The position numbers were made by a program, and so were the translations under genes. Shown here piece after piece: positions 28,440 to 43,408 of a stretch of 64,000 nt of DNA; the first letter of the stretch is position 1; every line of letters starts with the position of its first letter. The notes beneath the pieces were generated by a model. That model did no database searches, had not been told where the DNA came from, and saw only the letters and a list, made by a program, of their open reading frames with translations. The stretch is from Eledone cirrhosa (lineage: Eukaryota), in NCBI GenBank assembly GCA_964016885.1, contig OZ024746.1, forward strand, positions 75,144,001-75,208,000. Reading direction: 5' to 3'.

Positions 28440-28690
28440 TCTCGTGCTCGGGAAGTCTCTAGGCGTCGAAGACGACGAGCTCACCAGTCTGTTCGGTAGG
28501 ACTTTCTGCCCGGGACCTATGGACAACTTCCAAAGGTCCCTGGCCTGGCAGTGCTACCGAAGAGCTCTACCCGTTCGAGATAAGATCTACAGGCACGGAC
28601 GCCCCGGCAGGGATCCTTCCAAGAGGACGTGTCCAAGATGCGAGCAGGACATTGAAACCGTCTTGCATGCAATTGTACACTGCCCGTGCA
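28440..28690 (+). mobile_element. Tx1-like ORF2 C-terminal fragment
   Basis: EDDELTSLFGRTFCPGPMDNFQRSLAWQCYRRALPVRDKIYRHGRPGRDP..TCPRC matches the 666-aa RT ORF. Confidence 0.85.
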
Positions 28691-29543
28691 TGCAATTGTA
28701 CACTGCAAAGTTCCACAGGTCGTTTTCGGTGCATCCGGCCGATTAACCCACTCGATATGCAAATTGGGCTACTCAGCCGTTAATATGCATAAAGAAAGTA
28801 TATACTTTCGGACGTTCAGCTATCTGGCAGGAAGGTATACGTTGCTGACGATAGCTAACAAGCTTGAAACTAGTACAGCGTTCCTTTGTCAGTGTTGAAC
28901 AAACGAGCAACGGTGGTTGCTAGACACTACGGCTTAATACGAGATGTTTGTTTACAAACACACCGAGCATTATAATAAATGTTTGGTGAATCCATACGTA
29001 CATATATATATGTGTGTGCATGTATGTGTATATATATACATACTATTGTACGTCTGTATACATACTTATATATATATATATATAAATTAATAAAAACAAT
29101 GAATAAAAACAAAGAATAAGTTCCTTATATTAAAAAATTCATCATTTTACCATCGTTTCTAGGATATATATGTGTGTGTTGGTATGTATATCATATATAT
29201 GTGAAGGTATGTATATTTCCTCTGATAGTTTCCTCTGATAGTTTGTAATATGTTTACATAGATCTATATGATATACATACCAACACACATATATATCCTA
29301 GAAACGATCGTAAAATTATGAATTTTTTAATATAAGGAACTTGTTCTTTGTTTTTATTCATTGTTTTTATTAATTTATCTTGACTCTGTTTTCCTGTGAT
29401 TTTCATCGAAAATTTTTGAATGCATCTTCTCTTTTCATGATATTTGGATTACATTGAGTTCTTCATACGGATTGGACACTACCGTATGTTTTGGTAGATT
29501 TATCTACATATATATATATAAAGAGAGAGAGAGAGAGAGAGAG

Positions 29544-29648
<105 letters not shown>

Positions 29649-30355
29649 CTTACTGTTAGGCAAATATATAGATAAATTAAAATTCTCATTCATACCTTTC
29701 CCTACTAGCCACAACTGCCCCCCTCCCCCCCGCCTCCCGTTTCCTGCTGTTCATTTATTCCTCCTACAATGTAAACTTTCTACTTTTCTTTCAAACCCCC
29801 ACCACCATCATTACTCTCATTCTGCTTTTTGTCCTATTACACTTTCTCTTTCTTTCACCGCCGATAACGTTCTCTCTTTTATTTCTCACTTCTTACGTCA
29901 TGTCGACCTTTCTTTTCCACTTACCTTTTTCTTCTTCTTTCAGTAATCCCCCGCATGGCTTAATAGTTATAATGATGGGCACTCGATCATTAGGTCGTAT
30001 GTTCGATATCACGACTGGGTGATGGGTTGTACTCTTGAGCAAGACATTTCTTTGAAAGAATATTAATATAGAAATCCAATATATTTATGGCATTTCAAGA
30101 TTCTTCTTTCATTCATTTATATTAAATTAATAATGTCTGTGTTTTTTTGTTTTTTTTTCTATTATAAATTGATTTTAACACATAGATATTGTTTTTGTTG
30201 ACAATTTTTATTCTTGTTCAGTTTTCCCAAATTTTCTTTTATAGAAATCTACCTATAAATATATTCATATAATTTTCAAAAATATCTACTTCCAAACTTT
30301 ATTTAATAAACCTCTAAAAATTCAAGTCATTTCTTCTTTTCTTTCTTTTTTCTAT

Positions 30356-30404
<49 letters not shown>

Positions 30405-30429
30405 CACACACACAAACGCACACACACAA

Positions 30430-30529
<100 letters not shown>

Positions 30530-32114
30530 TAATATATATAATTGTTTCTACTTTTGGCACAAGGCCAGTAATTACCCAGTACATTACTGGTACTTTATTT
30601 TATCGACCCCGTAAGGATGAAAGGCAAAGTTAACCTCGGCGGGATTTGGACTATTATATATAATATATATAATACACTGCTATTTGTGATCGAGATATGT
30701 TTTTATTTTGCGTCGCTAAACTAGCTAGAAATAGCACAAATGTCCCCTTCATATCAATATTAATATCTTAACAAAAATGAAAGAACACAATGCATGATGT
30801 AATTATAGATACACTATGTATGCAAACGGAGTTGCTGGCGTACACAACTCCTAGTCTTTTTGCAATAGATTTGTTCAATAGATTTGTTGAATACTTATCA
30901 AGTGTAATTCAATATAAGAAATATAATAATCCTTATATACGGAGTTAGTAGTCAGTTGCTATTATATTTGATATTGATACTGGACGCAGGCATAACTGGG
31001 TGGTTAAGGAGTTCGTTTCTTAATCATACGGTCTAGGGTTAGATACAATTATGTAATAAGATCTGCAAGTGTGTATCATAAACTCGGATCAACCCAAGTT
31101 TTGTCGGATGGAATATGCCTGCATTGTCATATATGTTGTCACGCTGATTCAACTTGTGAATTACGTTCAGCATACACGAGCCTATGGAATACTCAACCAT
31201 TTACATATTCATTCACTGGCTACGAAATATGTTGGCATCATCACATGAGCTAAAATATTGTTGATATATGTTATAAAAACTGTTGTTATAATAGAGGTAA
31301 AGCGAAACGGAAACAAGACTTTGTATTGTATTATCTGTGACAGTTTTGAGCTGCTTGGGTTGATCCGGACTTATTGATGTATTAACAAGATAAAACCTGA
31401 AAACATTAATCATCGGCGGAATTAACGCTTCCCAAAATTTGTCATCTGGATATTATTTTTCTAATTGTAGGAACGTCGGATAGAATGCTATACGGTATTC
31501 GTTCCGTCTCTCTGAGTTCAAATCTCGCCGAGGTCAACTTTGCCTTTCATCCTTTCGAGGTCGATAAAATAAAGTACCAGTAATGCCCGGGATAATTGCT
31601 GGCCTGGTGCCAAAAGTAGAAACAATTATTTTTCTAATTGTAGCTCCTGATAATTAATAATACGCATAAAGGTAATGGATTTGCAGAATTAGTAGAGCGG
31701 TGAATAAAATGCCATTGCTGTGTTTGTTCTGGCTCAAATATTGCTAAAATCAACTTTGCCTTTCACCATTCCATGGTCAATAAAATAAAGTATCAGTCAA
31801 GTGCTACAACTGATTTAATCTACCTTGCTATTTCTCAAAAATATTTGCTGGCCTTGTGATAAACCAAAAATTTATAATTAATTACACGCAGGCATGCAGA
31901 GAAGTGTGAATAATCTGAAAGTTATAGAACTGGTATCTGACCTGATCTGAGTTATAGCAACATGTCTTGCCAAATAGTGCCCAAGTTTCGGAAAATAATT
32001 TTTTGCCATCTGTCATCTTAAACCAACTCCCGAGCTACTTGAATACTCAGTTAGGTACGTTTTCTTTTCACGAATAGCAAAGAGTAAAGCATGTTTAGGC
32101 TATAGATTTAATCC

Positions 32115-32209
<95 letters not shown>

Positions 32210-32220
32210 TGTCTCTTTCA

Positions 32221-32292
<72 letters not shown>

Positions 32293-32324
32293 TCCTCTCT
32301 CTCTTTCTCTCTCTGTCTCTTTCA

Positions 32325-32481
<157 letters not shown>

Positions 32482-32614
32482 GTATAGGATTATCCTAGAT
32501 GTAGTAATGGTTAATTACTACACTGGATATGGTTGACGTACGGTGAGAGGTTACTCTATGAGTTATGGAAGAATTGTTGAAGAAACTTAGTTCCTGATCC
32601 TTCTGTATTCCGGA

Positions 32615-32947
32615 GTGTATATAAAGAATGAATAATAACAGGTAGACATCATAAAAAGGTAATTTATTCCGTGTGCTTACAAGTGTTTCCACGGTGGTAC
32701 TACAGCCTAGTTATGCTATGTGCAAATTTACAACTATTTGCAGAACTCAAATATCCAATGCTGTGACCACTGTATCCTCAGAGCAGAATGGTCTGAGGAT
32801 ACAGTGGTCACAGCATTGGATATTTGAGTTCGGCAAATAGTTGTAAATTTGCACATAGCATAACTAGGCTGTAGTACCACCGTGGAAACACTTGTAAGCA
32901 CACGGAATAAATTACCTTTTTATGATGTCTACCTGTTATTATTCATT

Positions 32948-32955
<8 letters not shown>
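32615..32955. mobile_element. Inverted pLTR pair joined immediately 5' of hammerhead cores
   Basis: 32615-32782 and 32792-32955 are reverse complements with a 9-nt spacer. Confidence 0.75.
32674..32785 (-). ncRNA. Hammerhead motif with extended (~85 nt) stem II (partner 32793-32900 +)
   Basis: TGCT-CTGAGGA-T-AC.GTGGT..ACAGC...GCTGT...ACCAC.GT-G-GAA-ACACTTGT-A-AGCA. Confidence 0.68.
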
Positions 32956-33025
<70 letters not shown>

Positions 33026-34929
33026 GTGTGTGCTTGTCTGTGTATGTGTGTATATGTATATATGTATATATACATTAGGGAATCGTAATGTTATGAAAAT
33101 GATACGACGAGGCTTATTACTAGTTTAGATATTTTATATCTGGCTTGGGGCTGTTACCAGCCTTAGACAGATCTAGTTGCTTTAACACTACTTTCAGTTT
33201 TACAAAATTATTTCTAGTTTCTCAAACAGCAATCCCATTTTCCAACCCTTTATTGTTTCAGAGTTTTCAGAAATGATGGAAAGATTATTTATACAAACGA
33301 GAAAATAATGATAATCATGCAGAAACAAAGCAGAACAAAAGTCAACGAACACTCATTTAATTTTATACAAAGGGTTCTGGATAGAAACTCGACATTTATA
33401 TAAACCTCTTCAAAGAAAGTAGACGTACACTTCAGAATATAAAAAGAAATGGCGAGGGTAAGGTGACTAGTGGCATTGTTGAGGTTAACGTCAGTTGGTC
33501 TCATCAAACAGTGTCATCTGTTTAAACATATCAAAGTATGGGCAGAATATTTAAGACAAACACTCCTAAAGGAAGAAGAAAAAAAGGTTGTGTCAACAAT
33601 ACTTCCTTTCTGTTTTGTTTAATCAGTGTTTTCAGGTTTAACAGCAGAACACTCTAATATAGAAGTTATATCGAAAAGAAAACATTTTGGCAAAGTAAGT
33701 AGCAGCCGCGAAAAACAGCAGCACTAGCAGCAACAATAGCAGCAGCTGTGATACCTGCAGCAGTAACCACAAAGTAATAAATAAAAACACAGCACTTAAA
33801 AAGTATTACTACGTACGTATTCGAACAGGGTGCTCTAATGGCTCACTAGCAAATTTCAAGTCAAACTTGCATACATACACACATATAGACAAATATACAG
33901 AAACACGTACATATGTGTGTATATATGTATGTGTGTATGTGAGTATGTTTGTATGTATGTATCTACATACGTATGTATGTGTGTATGTCTGTATATATAT
34001 ATATATATATATACACTACAACTCTTTCCACAGGTTGTGTGCTCTACCATCGGATATACTTTACCAAATTATACTAAAACACAATACACACACACACACT
34101 ATATATATATGTATATATATATATAGATAGATATAAAATATATGCATTTATATGTATGGATATATATGCATGTAAATGTCCGCGCGCATGTGTGTGTTAT
34201 ATAATAATAAGCATATATTAGAAAATATAGGTAAATTTAATGTAGATATCCCTCCACCTTTTGAATTAGAAGCTCCGCTGTGAAAGGAAGGAACTATAAA
34301 ACCATTTGTGAGTTTCAGAGACTGTCGTCTCTTCATTAGAAGATACTAGCAAAAAACCCACCCTTCGGGTGGTTTTCTGCTAGCATGTGTAGGTATTATA
34401 CGCAGGTATATATGCATGTAGATATGATACATCAAATAAAATCGTAATTGACAATATACATAGAAATTGAACGAAGACTACGTTACACTGTCTTATTTAA
34501 TCAGTAACGTAATCCATGATACATTAAAAAAGACGATATTATATATAAACTGCATTAGGAGAAAATTAGTATGTTTATTTAAGCGATGGCCAACCGGAAG
34601 TGTTGACATTTCAGAAATTTTAAAGAAGTGAATCGTTAAATAAACAAAAATATTTAATCAACAGCCACGAAATTTAGTAGATAAATTATGTAATATTCAT
34701 TCATTATTTATTCAAAGTAATCCAACTTATTTTACTAATGGGATAAAAAAAATTATAAACCGTACGCAGTCACGCGCTCCTTACTTTATTATAGTTTAGA
34801 TTTGCAGAAACCTTCCAAAGGAAATATTTGCAGTGATCGCAGGTGTTGACTGGTATATGAGTGGTGTAGAAAATAATAAGATCTCAACACAAATACAATT
34901 CTTGATCTATTCTTCGGAAACTCTTGGCA

Positions 34930-35107
<178 letters not shown>

Positions 35108-35144
35108 ATATATATATATATATATAATTATATATATATATATA

Positions 35145-35206
<62 letters not shown>

Positions 35207-35563
35207 TGTGTGTGTATGTGTGGGGGTGAAACAAAGAGAGAGATTTATAATTAAAAGACAACTCTGGGACTTTTCATTGTATTTTATCGAATTTATGAAG
35301 TTTTTATTCAGAAAGTGAATCGATACTTTGATTTTAGTAATTTCCAACTGTCTCTTATATCTTACTCGGTTTAATAATGGTGGATTTCTAAAGTTTCTGA
35401 TCCTATTTTCAAGAATTTATCAACGTAATTAAAATTAAATGATTCTGACTTGAGATGGAAACCGAATCTCAGGCTCTTGTTGCCTGGAAAATTTTGTTTA
35501 CAGCTGTATACTATCGTTTCCATTCATTGTAAATACACCAAAAACTGGAAATATATATTTCCA

Positions 35564-35757
35564 TCAACATCGTACGTCCGGAGCTTCCCATGCTTGCATA
35601 CAGGCCTGGTCCTTTCTTGAGAAAACTAGGTCTGGCGCGCAAGCTTTTGGCGAATTCAGGCCCCCTTGGCATTCATAGTATTTATGGCAATCTGTGGGAT
35701 TAGGAATCAGATGTGTTCCTTCTTTCCGACATCTTTCTCCAATTTTAAGCAGATCAC
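35564..35757 (-). CDS. Chitin-binding gene B, exon 3 (CBM14 domain 3, stop); absent from the ORF track; spliced protein 234 aa
   Basis: Manual translation after a TTTTCAG acceptor (phase 1): (R)DLLKIGERCRKEGTHLIPNPTDCHKYYECQGGLNSPKACAPDLVFSRKDQACMQAWEAPDVRC*. TGA at 35564-35566. Exons sum to 705 nt in frame. Confidence 0.9.
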
Positions 35758-36004
35758 CTGAAAATTTAAGGAATAAGAAATTGTTTGTATAACATTTTTA
35801 TAATATTTTTTTCTGAAAGGAATATACACGAGCTTTACATATTCTATATTTCATTATTCAGGAATTTCTTTCATTTTAATAAATTTCATCTATGTGCAAC
35901 TATGCTTACACATGTAAACATGTTATTCAACATAGATTATCTGAATGTGTAGCATCGTTTCACTCACTAATAATATATAACTATTAACTCGCAGTCATGT
36001 ACGA

Positions 36005-37190
36005 ACTGAGTTCAAATCCCGCCGAGGTTAACTTTGCCTTTCATCCTTACAGGGTCGATAAAATAAAGTACCAGTAATGTACTGGGTAATTCCTGACCTT
36101 GTGCCAAAAGTAGAAACAATTATTATAAAGCCTCTACACTTAGCACAACCGAATTAACGACTTCCCATCACATTTACGTTGTCTCACTTCTCAGAGACGT
36201 ATAAATGACATCATCCATTCCTTTCCACGAAGAACATCAAGTAACTCCAATTCCTAAACCTGTAGTTGTTCAAACTGAAAATTACCTGCATCAGTTTGAC
36301 CAAATTTGGAAAGTTATTTAAAGGCCATGGATGCTGTCCACCCTACTTGGTCCAAGGTTTAGACATTATTTTAGTTTTCTCAAGGCGGTGGATTGGTAGT
36401 ATCAGTGGAGCGTCAAACACCATGCTTTGCAGCATAGAGTTAAGGCCCTTTATGTTCTGAGTTCAAATCCCCCCGAGGTTAGCTTTGACTTTCATCCTTA
36501 CGGAGTCGATAAAATAAAGCACCAGTAATGCACTGGGATAATTACAAGCCTTGTGCCAAAAGTAGAAACAATTATTTTAGTTTTCTGAAAAACTTTTCTA
36601 TTTTCTAGTGTTTACATTTTTCAGTATGGCCCTGATGAGCGCGTACGTTGAAGTGTTATCAAGAAAGAGAGTAGAATTGTATTCGCCCAAGATAAACAAA
36701 TAATTGTTTCTACTTTTGGCACAAGGCCAGCAATTATCCCAATGCATTACTGGATGAAGGATGAACTGCAAAGTTAACTGTAGCGGGATTTGAACACAGA
36801 TCGTAAAGGGCCGTAACTCTATGTCGCTGAAAATGCCCGATGCTCTACTGATTCTGCCAATCCACCACTCTTTATAATGTTCCTTTGTAATAATGGTATA
36901 TACATAACAGGATTTGAACTCAGACCCTAAAGGGACGTAACTCTATGCTGGAAAGCATGGCGTCCAACCCTCTACCGATACTGCTAATCTACCGCCCTAA
37001 ACAAATAATTGTTTCTACTTTTGGTACAAGGCCAGCAATAACCCAGTACATTACTGGTACTTTATTTTATCGACCCCGTAAGGATGAAAGGCAAAGTTAA
37101 CCTCGGCGGGATTTGAACTCAGAATGGCAAGGGCCGTAACTCAATGCGTCAAAGCATGGCGTCCGACCCTCTACCGATACTGCCAATCCA
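36005..37190. mobile_element. Cluster of ~5 SINE copies in both orientations in intron 2 of gene B
   Basis: Copies at about 36005-36123 (+), 36384-36575 (+), 36700-36870 (-), 36910-36995 (-) and 37005-37190 (-). Confidence 0.85.
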
Positions 37191-37984
37191 ACAAATAATG
37201 AAATAAATTTCGAATAAACGAAAATTATTTTTTTTAAAACTAGGCAGACTTCAAATAATTATAAACAAAAACCTTACTAAGAAGGTCCATATGCTGCCAA
37301 TATTCTATGCGTGATATGTCGTAGCTGATGGTAAGCTGGCATGTGCTAAGGTTGTGACATGCAGGGATTCTTGGTCACTATTTTTATTACACATCATGTC
37401 ACAGCTCGTCGTTTTGACGAAACTGGTTTTCTCAAGTTTAAACCAAGACTAGTGGACGCAACATGGCCGAATGTTCAAAAAGTTAGTTTCGCATTCATTA
37501 AGCCTTGTGTTCGATTCCACTGCCTAGCATCTTGTGCAAGTGCCACATGCTATAGTCTTGGGTCAACCCATGCTCAACCATTTACACGTTAATTTCATTA
37601 GCAGGTTGTTCTGTTGATCGAACAGTTGAAAAATTCATCGTCGAAACCGACGAAGATCCATTACATTCCAAATTATAGATTTTGCCAGCCTTTCTAAAGA
37701 TGTGATTACGCTACAGTTGATATTCACTTTCAATAGTTCGTGAACGTTAACAGAGAAAATGTAGGTAGGGTGGGAATTACTGTAGTACGGGGAGAAGAAC
37801 AGGGTGAGACATCTAGGCTAAGGTTCACTGGATAATAAGATATCTGGTGCACAGGCACAGTGGTCAGTATAGTAGAAACAGAACAGACAAGGAGAGCCTA
37901 AACAGATTTATGTAATGTTAAGGGCTTTCATTGTTCTATTAAAATATATTCTTTAAAGTTTACTACAGATTTTTCTGTACTTAC

Positions 37985-38182
37985 GGAATTCAGAAGATGT
38001 GGGTCTTTTACCACAGATGACGTTTTCAGGATATTCACAGGTAAAGTTAGTTGTCGAGAAGAAGAGACCTTGAGGACATTTCTGGAGTCCCATTGACGTG
38101 GCATTGAAACAGTTTATAAACTGAGCACAATTTTGTTCATCTGGGTTGTTGCCATTCGGGTTTGTTGTACATCGTGGATCAT
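37985..38182 (-). CDS. Chitin-binding gene B, exon 2 (CBM14 domain 2)
   Basis: TTCTTCTCAAAG acceptor and GTAAGT donor, 198 nt, phase 1-1. CTTNPNGNNPDEQNCAQFINC...CPQGLFFSTTNFTCEYPENVICGKRP is clearly paralogous to gene A exon 2. Confidence 0.9.
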
Positions 38183-39998
38183 CTTTGAGAAGAAACACAA
38201 CATATATACTACTATAATTATTATTATTACTTCCATTACAACAGACCACGTACCGACAAAATAGCAATAAGAATCAAAACACTATTACCCACAACTCTAC
38301 TAAGATTCGATTAATTCTAGCAGTACCACAAAAGGTTTTGTGAAGAAATGCAGCGTCACCTCGAACTGAAAGCCAAAAGGTTCAATGAAACAACAGAAGT
38401 TTATTTAATCAGGCACACACACCAATACAAGTTTCTATTTATGTAATTTAAATACGTTTGAGCCATATGGAACATTTGAAAGCCAAGAATGCCTATTTAG
38501 AAAGTTTTCACCTATTCTCAAGATGTTTTCCTTATTGAGTATACAAGTGGGCTAATCATTTTCCCTTTACTGTTCAGTTGGAGCTGTCAGAGTGACACAA
38601 TGCGACATTCAATTCCACATTACGTGTGTCATTCGTTTTTAGAGACAGAAGAGATAGACAGGTCATTGATTTCCATATATTTTGTCTGGTTAGCAATCTT
38701 CCTTCGGTTAGCTATCAAATATGAGCATTGATCCTGACCAAACTCCGTCTATGTATATATGTAAATATATGCAAGGCACTTTATCACTTTTCTCTATCGT
38801 GTCTTTCATCTTTAGGTCTCTTCAAAAATTATAATAATTGATCTTTTATTGCTACCAGGATGACAGACAGCGTACATTTCTAGGAGAAAATGCGAGTACG
38901 ATAGAAAAACCACTAACGAAACGCAAAGATACAAGCAGAACAGACAAAACTACATACAATATATGTATACTTCCAACATCTATCAGAGAATGAATCTAAA
39001 CGAAATAACATTATAAAATATTCTGATTTTGGTGAGAACAGCGACATATCAGCTGGAATTCTACCATATATACAATATTAAATCGTATTGATATGTTTTT
39101 GTTTATGTCATGATAATGCTTGATATTTTAGGTTAGAGCTGAATTAAATGTACATTTAGACGTTAACTATATATGTAGAGATATGATATTTTTTTCTAAT
39201 TTAGGCACAAGACCAGCACATTTGAGGGAAGGGAAATGTTGATTAAACCAACCTTAGTACTTGTGTGGTACTATATTTTATCGGCTACGGAAAGGTGAAA
39301 GGTAAAGTTAACCTTGGTGAGATGCGAACTCAGAATGTAAAGAGCCAGAGTAAATAACGTAGTGGCATTTTCTTCGACGCTCTACCTATTCTATCTAGAC
39401 ACCACCCTTATATGTATCGATATTAAAACAGATATCTGCATGAAACTCCAATCTATGAACGAATTACTTTCATTACTATTTTGTTAAATACAGACTTATA
39501 CATACAGATATAATAATAAATATCTAAATGAGATTTCAATATATACGCCACATTAACTATTAACTCTACTGGAGGTTAAAAATGATTGTTTCTACTTTTG
39601 GCACAAGGCCAGCAATTATCACAGTGTATTACTGGTGCTTTATTTTATCGACCCCGTAAGGATGAAAGGCAAAGTTAACCTCGGTGGGAGATTAAAAATA
39701 ATTGTTTCTACTTTGGGCACAAGGCCAGCAATTATCCCAAATACAAAGTAATCAGATTTTGTGCATAACTCTCAAAACAATTAATAACGATGTTGAAATG
39801 TTTAGTGTGTGTGGTCTTTTTATTTGTAGAAGTTAATAGGAAACAGGATGGGATTATAAAGAAAACAGAGTAGAGCAAGAATTCTACGGTCTCTCTGAAG
39901 TATAAATAGCTATGTGGTGTGTTAAAGTAAGACATATTTACTGAGGTATAAATAGCAACATGCTGTGTTAATATAAAAGACACTACATACTCACTTGC

Positions 39999-40420
39999 GT
40001 ATGGACAATACCATGTTATGTTAAAACAAGAGACTGTACAGATTCACTGTATGGACAATACCATGTTATGTTAAAACAAGAGACTGCACAGATTCACTGT
40101 ATGGACAATATCAAGTTATGTTAAAACAAGAGACTGTACAGATTCACTGTATGGACAATACCATGTTATGTTAAAACAAGAGACTGTACAGATTCACTGT
40201 ATGGACAATACCATGTTATGTTAAAACAAGAGACTGTACAGATTCACTGTATGGACAATACCATGTTATGTTAAAACAAGAGACTGCACAGATTCACTGT
40301 ATGGGCAATATCATGTTATGTTAAAACAAGAGACTGTACAAACTCACTGGGGTATGGACAATACCATGTTATATTAAAAGAAGAGACTGTACAAACTAAC
40401 TGTATGGACAATATCATGTT
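39999..40420. repeat. 50-bp minisatellite, ~8 copies, in intron 1 of gene B
   Basis: Unit GTATGGACAATACCATGTTATGTTAAAACAAGAGACTGTACAGATTCACT. Confidence 0.95.
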
Positions 40421-41544
40421 TTAGAAAAGCTGCTGTAAAGAATAAAAATATATTATTCGGAATATAAAACTTTGTCTTTCGTCTTTCTGGGAATAATAAA
40501 ATAAGTACTGAAGTAATATTAATCGACTATCGTTTTTCCCATGCTTTATTAGGAATCCTTATTTGGTATATGAAATTAACACAGAGAAACCAACAAAATT
40601 GGCAGATATAAATAAATCGAATACATTAGAACATGGAACGTCTTTTCTGTTGTAAAAACATAAAAATAGATTATTAATAAAAATGACCTTAAATCAAAGC
40701 AATATAACAACGTCTTATGTTGTCACAAGAATATACATTTTTAAGGATTGGCTTCATGACTTTATCAGGGCTTGGAGAGCAATGCACACGATATGTTTGT
40801 AAGACATACCTGACTGGAGGAACATGTAAGAATATAAACATGTTGTGACAGGAGGTCTGGCCTGAATGCTTGCAAGAAAGTGGGGCCCAATAAAGGCAGC
40901 CAAGGACCAGATTCTGGTCTTAAACTAGGCGACAGAATAAGTCTACCATAAATCGTCCAAATGCAAAATTGCTATTTATTTTATTGTCGCTTTCACCGCT
41001 ATAGAAGACAGTGGTATGCTTCATCCGTAGCCCAGATTATCGTTACATTATCTTGCTCAAGGGCTCTGAAGCATAAATAGTAAAGTATTGTGTCAAGGTA
41101 AGAAATGATACCTACGTATTCACTGAGGTATAAATAGCAACACACTGTGTTACAAGAAAAGGCGATAAAAACTCACTGGGTCACGGACTATATCATATTA
41201 TAGAGTCCATTTTGTTTTAAGCATTCTGGCCACGTTTCCGGTTTAACTTTCTCGCTTCCTCCCATCTGTCACGGAGTCCATATAACAGTCACAGAAAAAA
41301 AACAAAAGTAAAAACAAAAACTAATCCCCGCAAAATATAAACTCAGAACGCAAAGGACGTACGTAATCACTGCAAGTCATTCTGTCAATCATTGTAACAT
41401 CACTGCAACTTCAATACTCACTGAATGGGCTATATAAAACACATATTTATACACAGAGAGAGAGACACATTAGAAAACAGTATAACATTACAAAGCATGA
41501 ATCGAAAATAATCTGTATAGAATTCGTTACAAAAGTTTACTCAC

Positions 41545-41857
41545 GGACAACAAAAAGCTTGATTCTTTGTCCACAATTGTCAAAATGGCTACCTTTCGGT
41601 ACGCAAGAGTAATTGTCCTGCCCTATTACCAAACCTTTCTTTGGACATGTAATGGTCTGCACATGTTTTCCGAATACACACAGATGAGAGACACTGCAGT
41701 TACGAGTGTCGGCCTGCCAGCTGAATCCTCGCGGTGAACATTTGAAGTCATTGAACTGCCCATGGCAACAGTAATTGCTCAGACTCACTAGGGTGACCAC
41801 AAAAGCCAAACAGATACTGCGGATGTCTAGAAAACGTCCATAATGGCAGGACAACAT
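41545..41857 (-). CDS. Chitin-binding gene B, coding exon 1: signal peptide + atypical domain 1
   Basis: ATG at 41857 (MLSCHYG...SICLAFVVTLVSLSNYCCHG). The 6-Cys domain shares W..DTRNCS..H.C..G with gene A exon 1. GTGAGT donor at 41544, phase 1. Confidence 0.85.
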
Positions 41858-42077
41858 TGGTACTCTATATTTCTTCTGTCTGCCAATGATGTGGATTGTC
41901 TGGCTTGCTTCTGATCTAACTAGGAAGCCGTTTCTTGCTACTATATGTAGGGAATGATAGCTTGGTGTGTACAAATGTAACCATAATATTATGTATGTTT
42001 GTATGTACGTGCGTATGTATGTATGTGTGGATGCGTCATATAATAATGCACCTGTTTATGAATGTGCTTGAACGCTT

Positions 42078-42191
<114 letters not shown>

Positions 42192-43367
42192 ATATTTGTA
42201 CGTCCATGCATATATATATGGTAAGTGTATGTATATGCATGCGTATGTGTGTCTGTATGTATGTGTAAAATATTACGTATTATTGCCATCATCATTGCAT
42301 GTGATGATGTATGATTATTATTTTTATTATTATTGATGGTGTGGTTGTTGTGTTAAGGTTTGACATTAACATCTTCGGACATGAAAGAGATGAGAGAAAG
42401 GTAAAAAGTAGTTAAAATACAAGGTTAGAGGTGGTGTGGCTGTCCTATGGAGTGTAAAGGTTACATTAACAAGAACATCAGGAATGTCTCAGACAATCAA
42501 ACTATTACATCTCATCTTAACATATAAATGAACCAAGACTGTATGATCTGTTAGAATGCCACAGACTGATGTAGACATTAGACATCTGTGTTTAATTTAA
42601 CAGTACGTGGTTTAATACAGAAATTGTACGTTTGACTTAGTGGTTGCGAATATATGTGTCTATGTATTTGCGTGTGTATGAATGCATGTGTTAATCCAAT
42701 GTGATAACTAAATATATATAGATAATTTATATAACACCAACCCACGTTTCAGTTACTAATATCAACGCTCAGACGCTCCTCAAAAGGTAATTCTACCTAC
42801 TAGTATATGAAGGACCATAAAAACTACAGGCACTGCCCCTCTTCCATGTTCCGCATATTACAAAACCAGATATATATACGAGGCGTTTCTAAATGCTTCT
42901 GATGTGCACATGAAATGATGCTACAGTTGCACAGAAATGCGTGAGCAGCTTACGATGAGTAGTAGCTAGTCTTCTGAATCAATGTAAAAATAAACCTCAT
43001 GCTACCTACTCTTGTTCATGTATTAAGCGAGGTTTTCGAACAACGTACTGCCATTAGATTTTGCTCGTAGCAAATGCATTAGGTCAGGTACACGCTATGA
43101 GGTATAATGTACGTTTCATGGCCAATCAATCCATAGTTCAGAGCGACGAATTGTTTAGAGCCAAACACCAGAAAATATGCAAAGATTCATGAACTCATCC
43201 ATGAGATACGGTTGCTGATAAGTTTATATCACTACTTTTAGCTCTCGCCTAGCCTATCTGTCCTTTATTTCGCCAGGAAATGAAATTGAATTGGAAAGGG
43301 TGCTGCTTCGAAATGGTAGATGAAGATGAAATTCTATACGCATCGAAGCCGGTTACTGTTATTGGGC

Positions 43368-43408
<41 letters not shown>

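Noticed and set aside
36628-36670. CTGATGAGCGCGTACGTTGAAG as a hammerhead in gene B intron 2
   Set aside because: GAAG instead of GAAA, and no convincing stem III or stem I partner.
39999-40420. 50-bp array as CRISPR or a coding repeat
   Set aside because: No spacers, unit length not a multiple of 3, and it lies within an intron.
41858-41974. N-terminal extension of gene B given by the ORF track
   Set aside because: Starts at a non-ATG codon. The ATG at 41857 places the signal peptide near the N-terminus, as in gene A.
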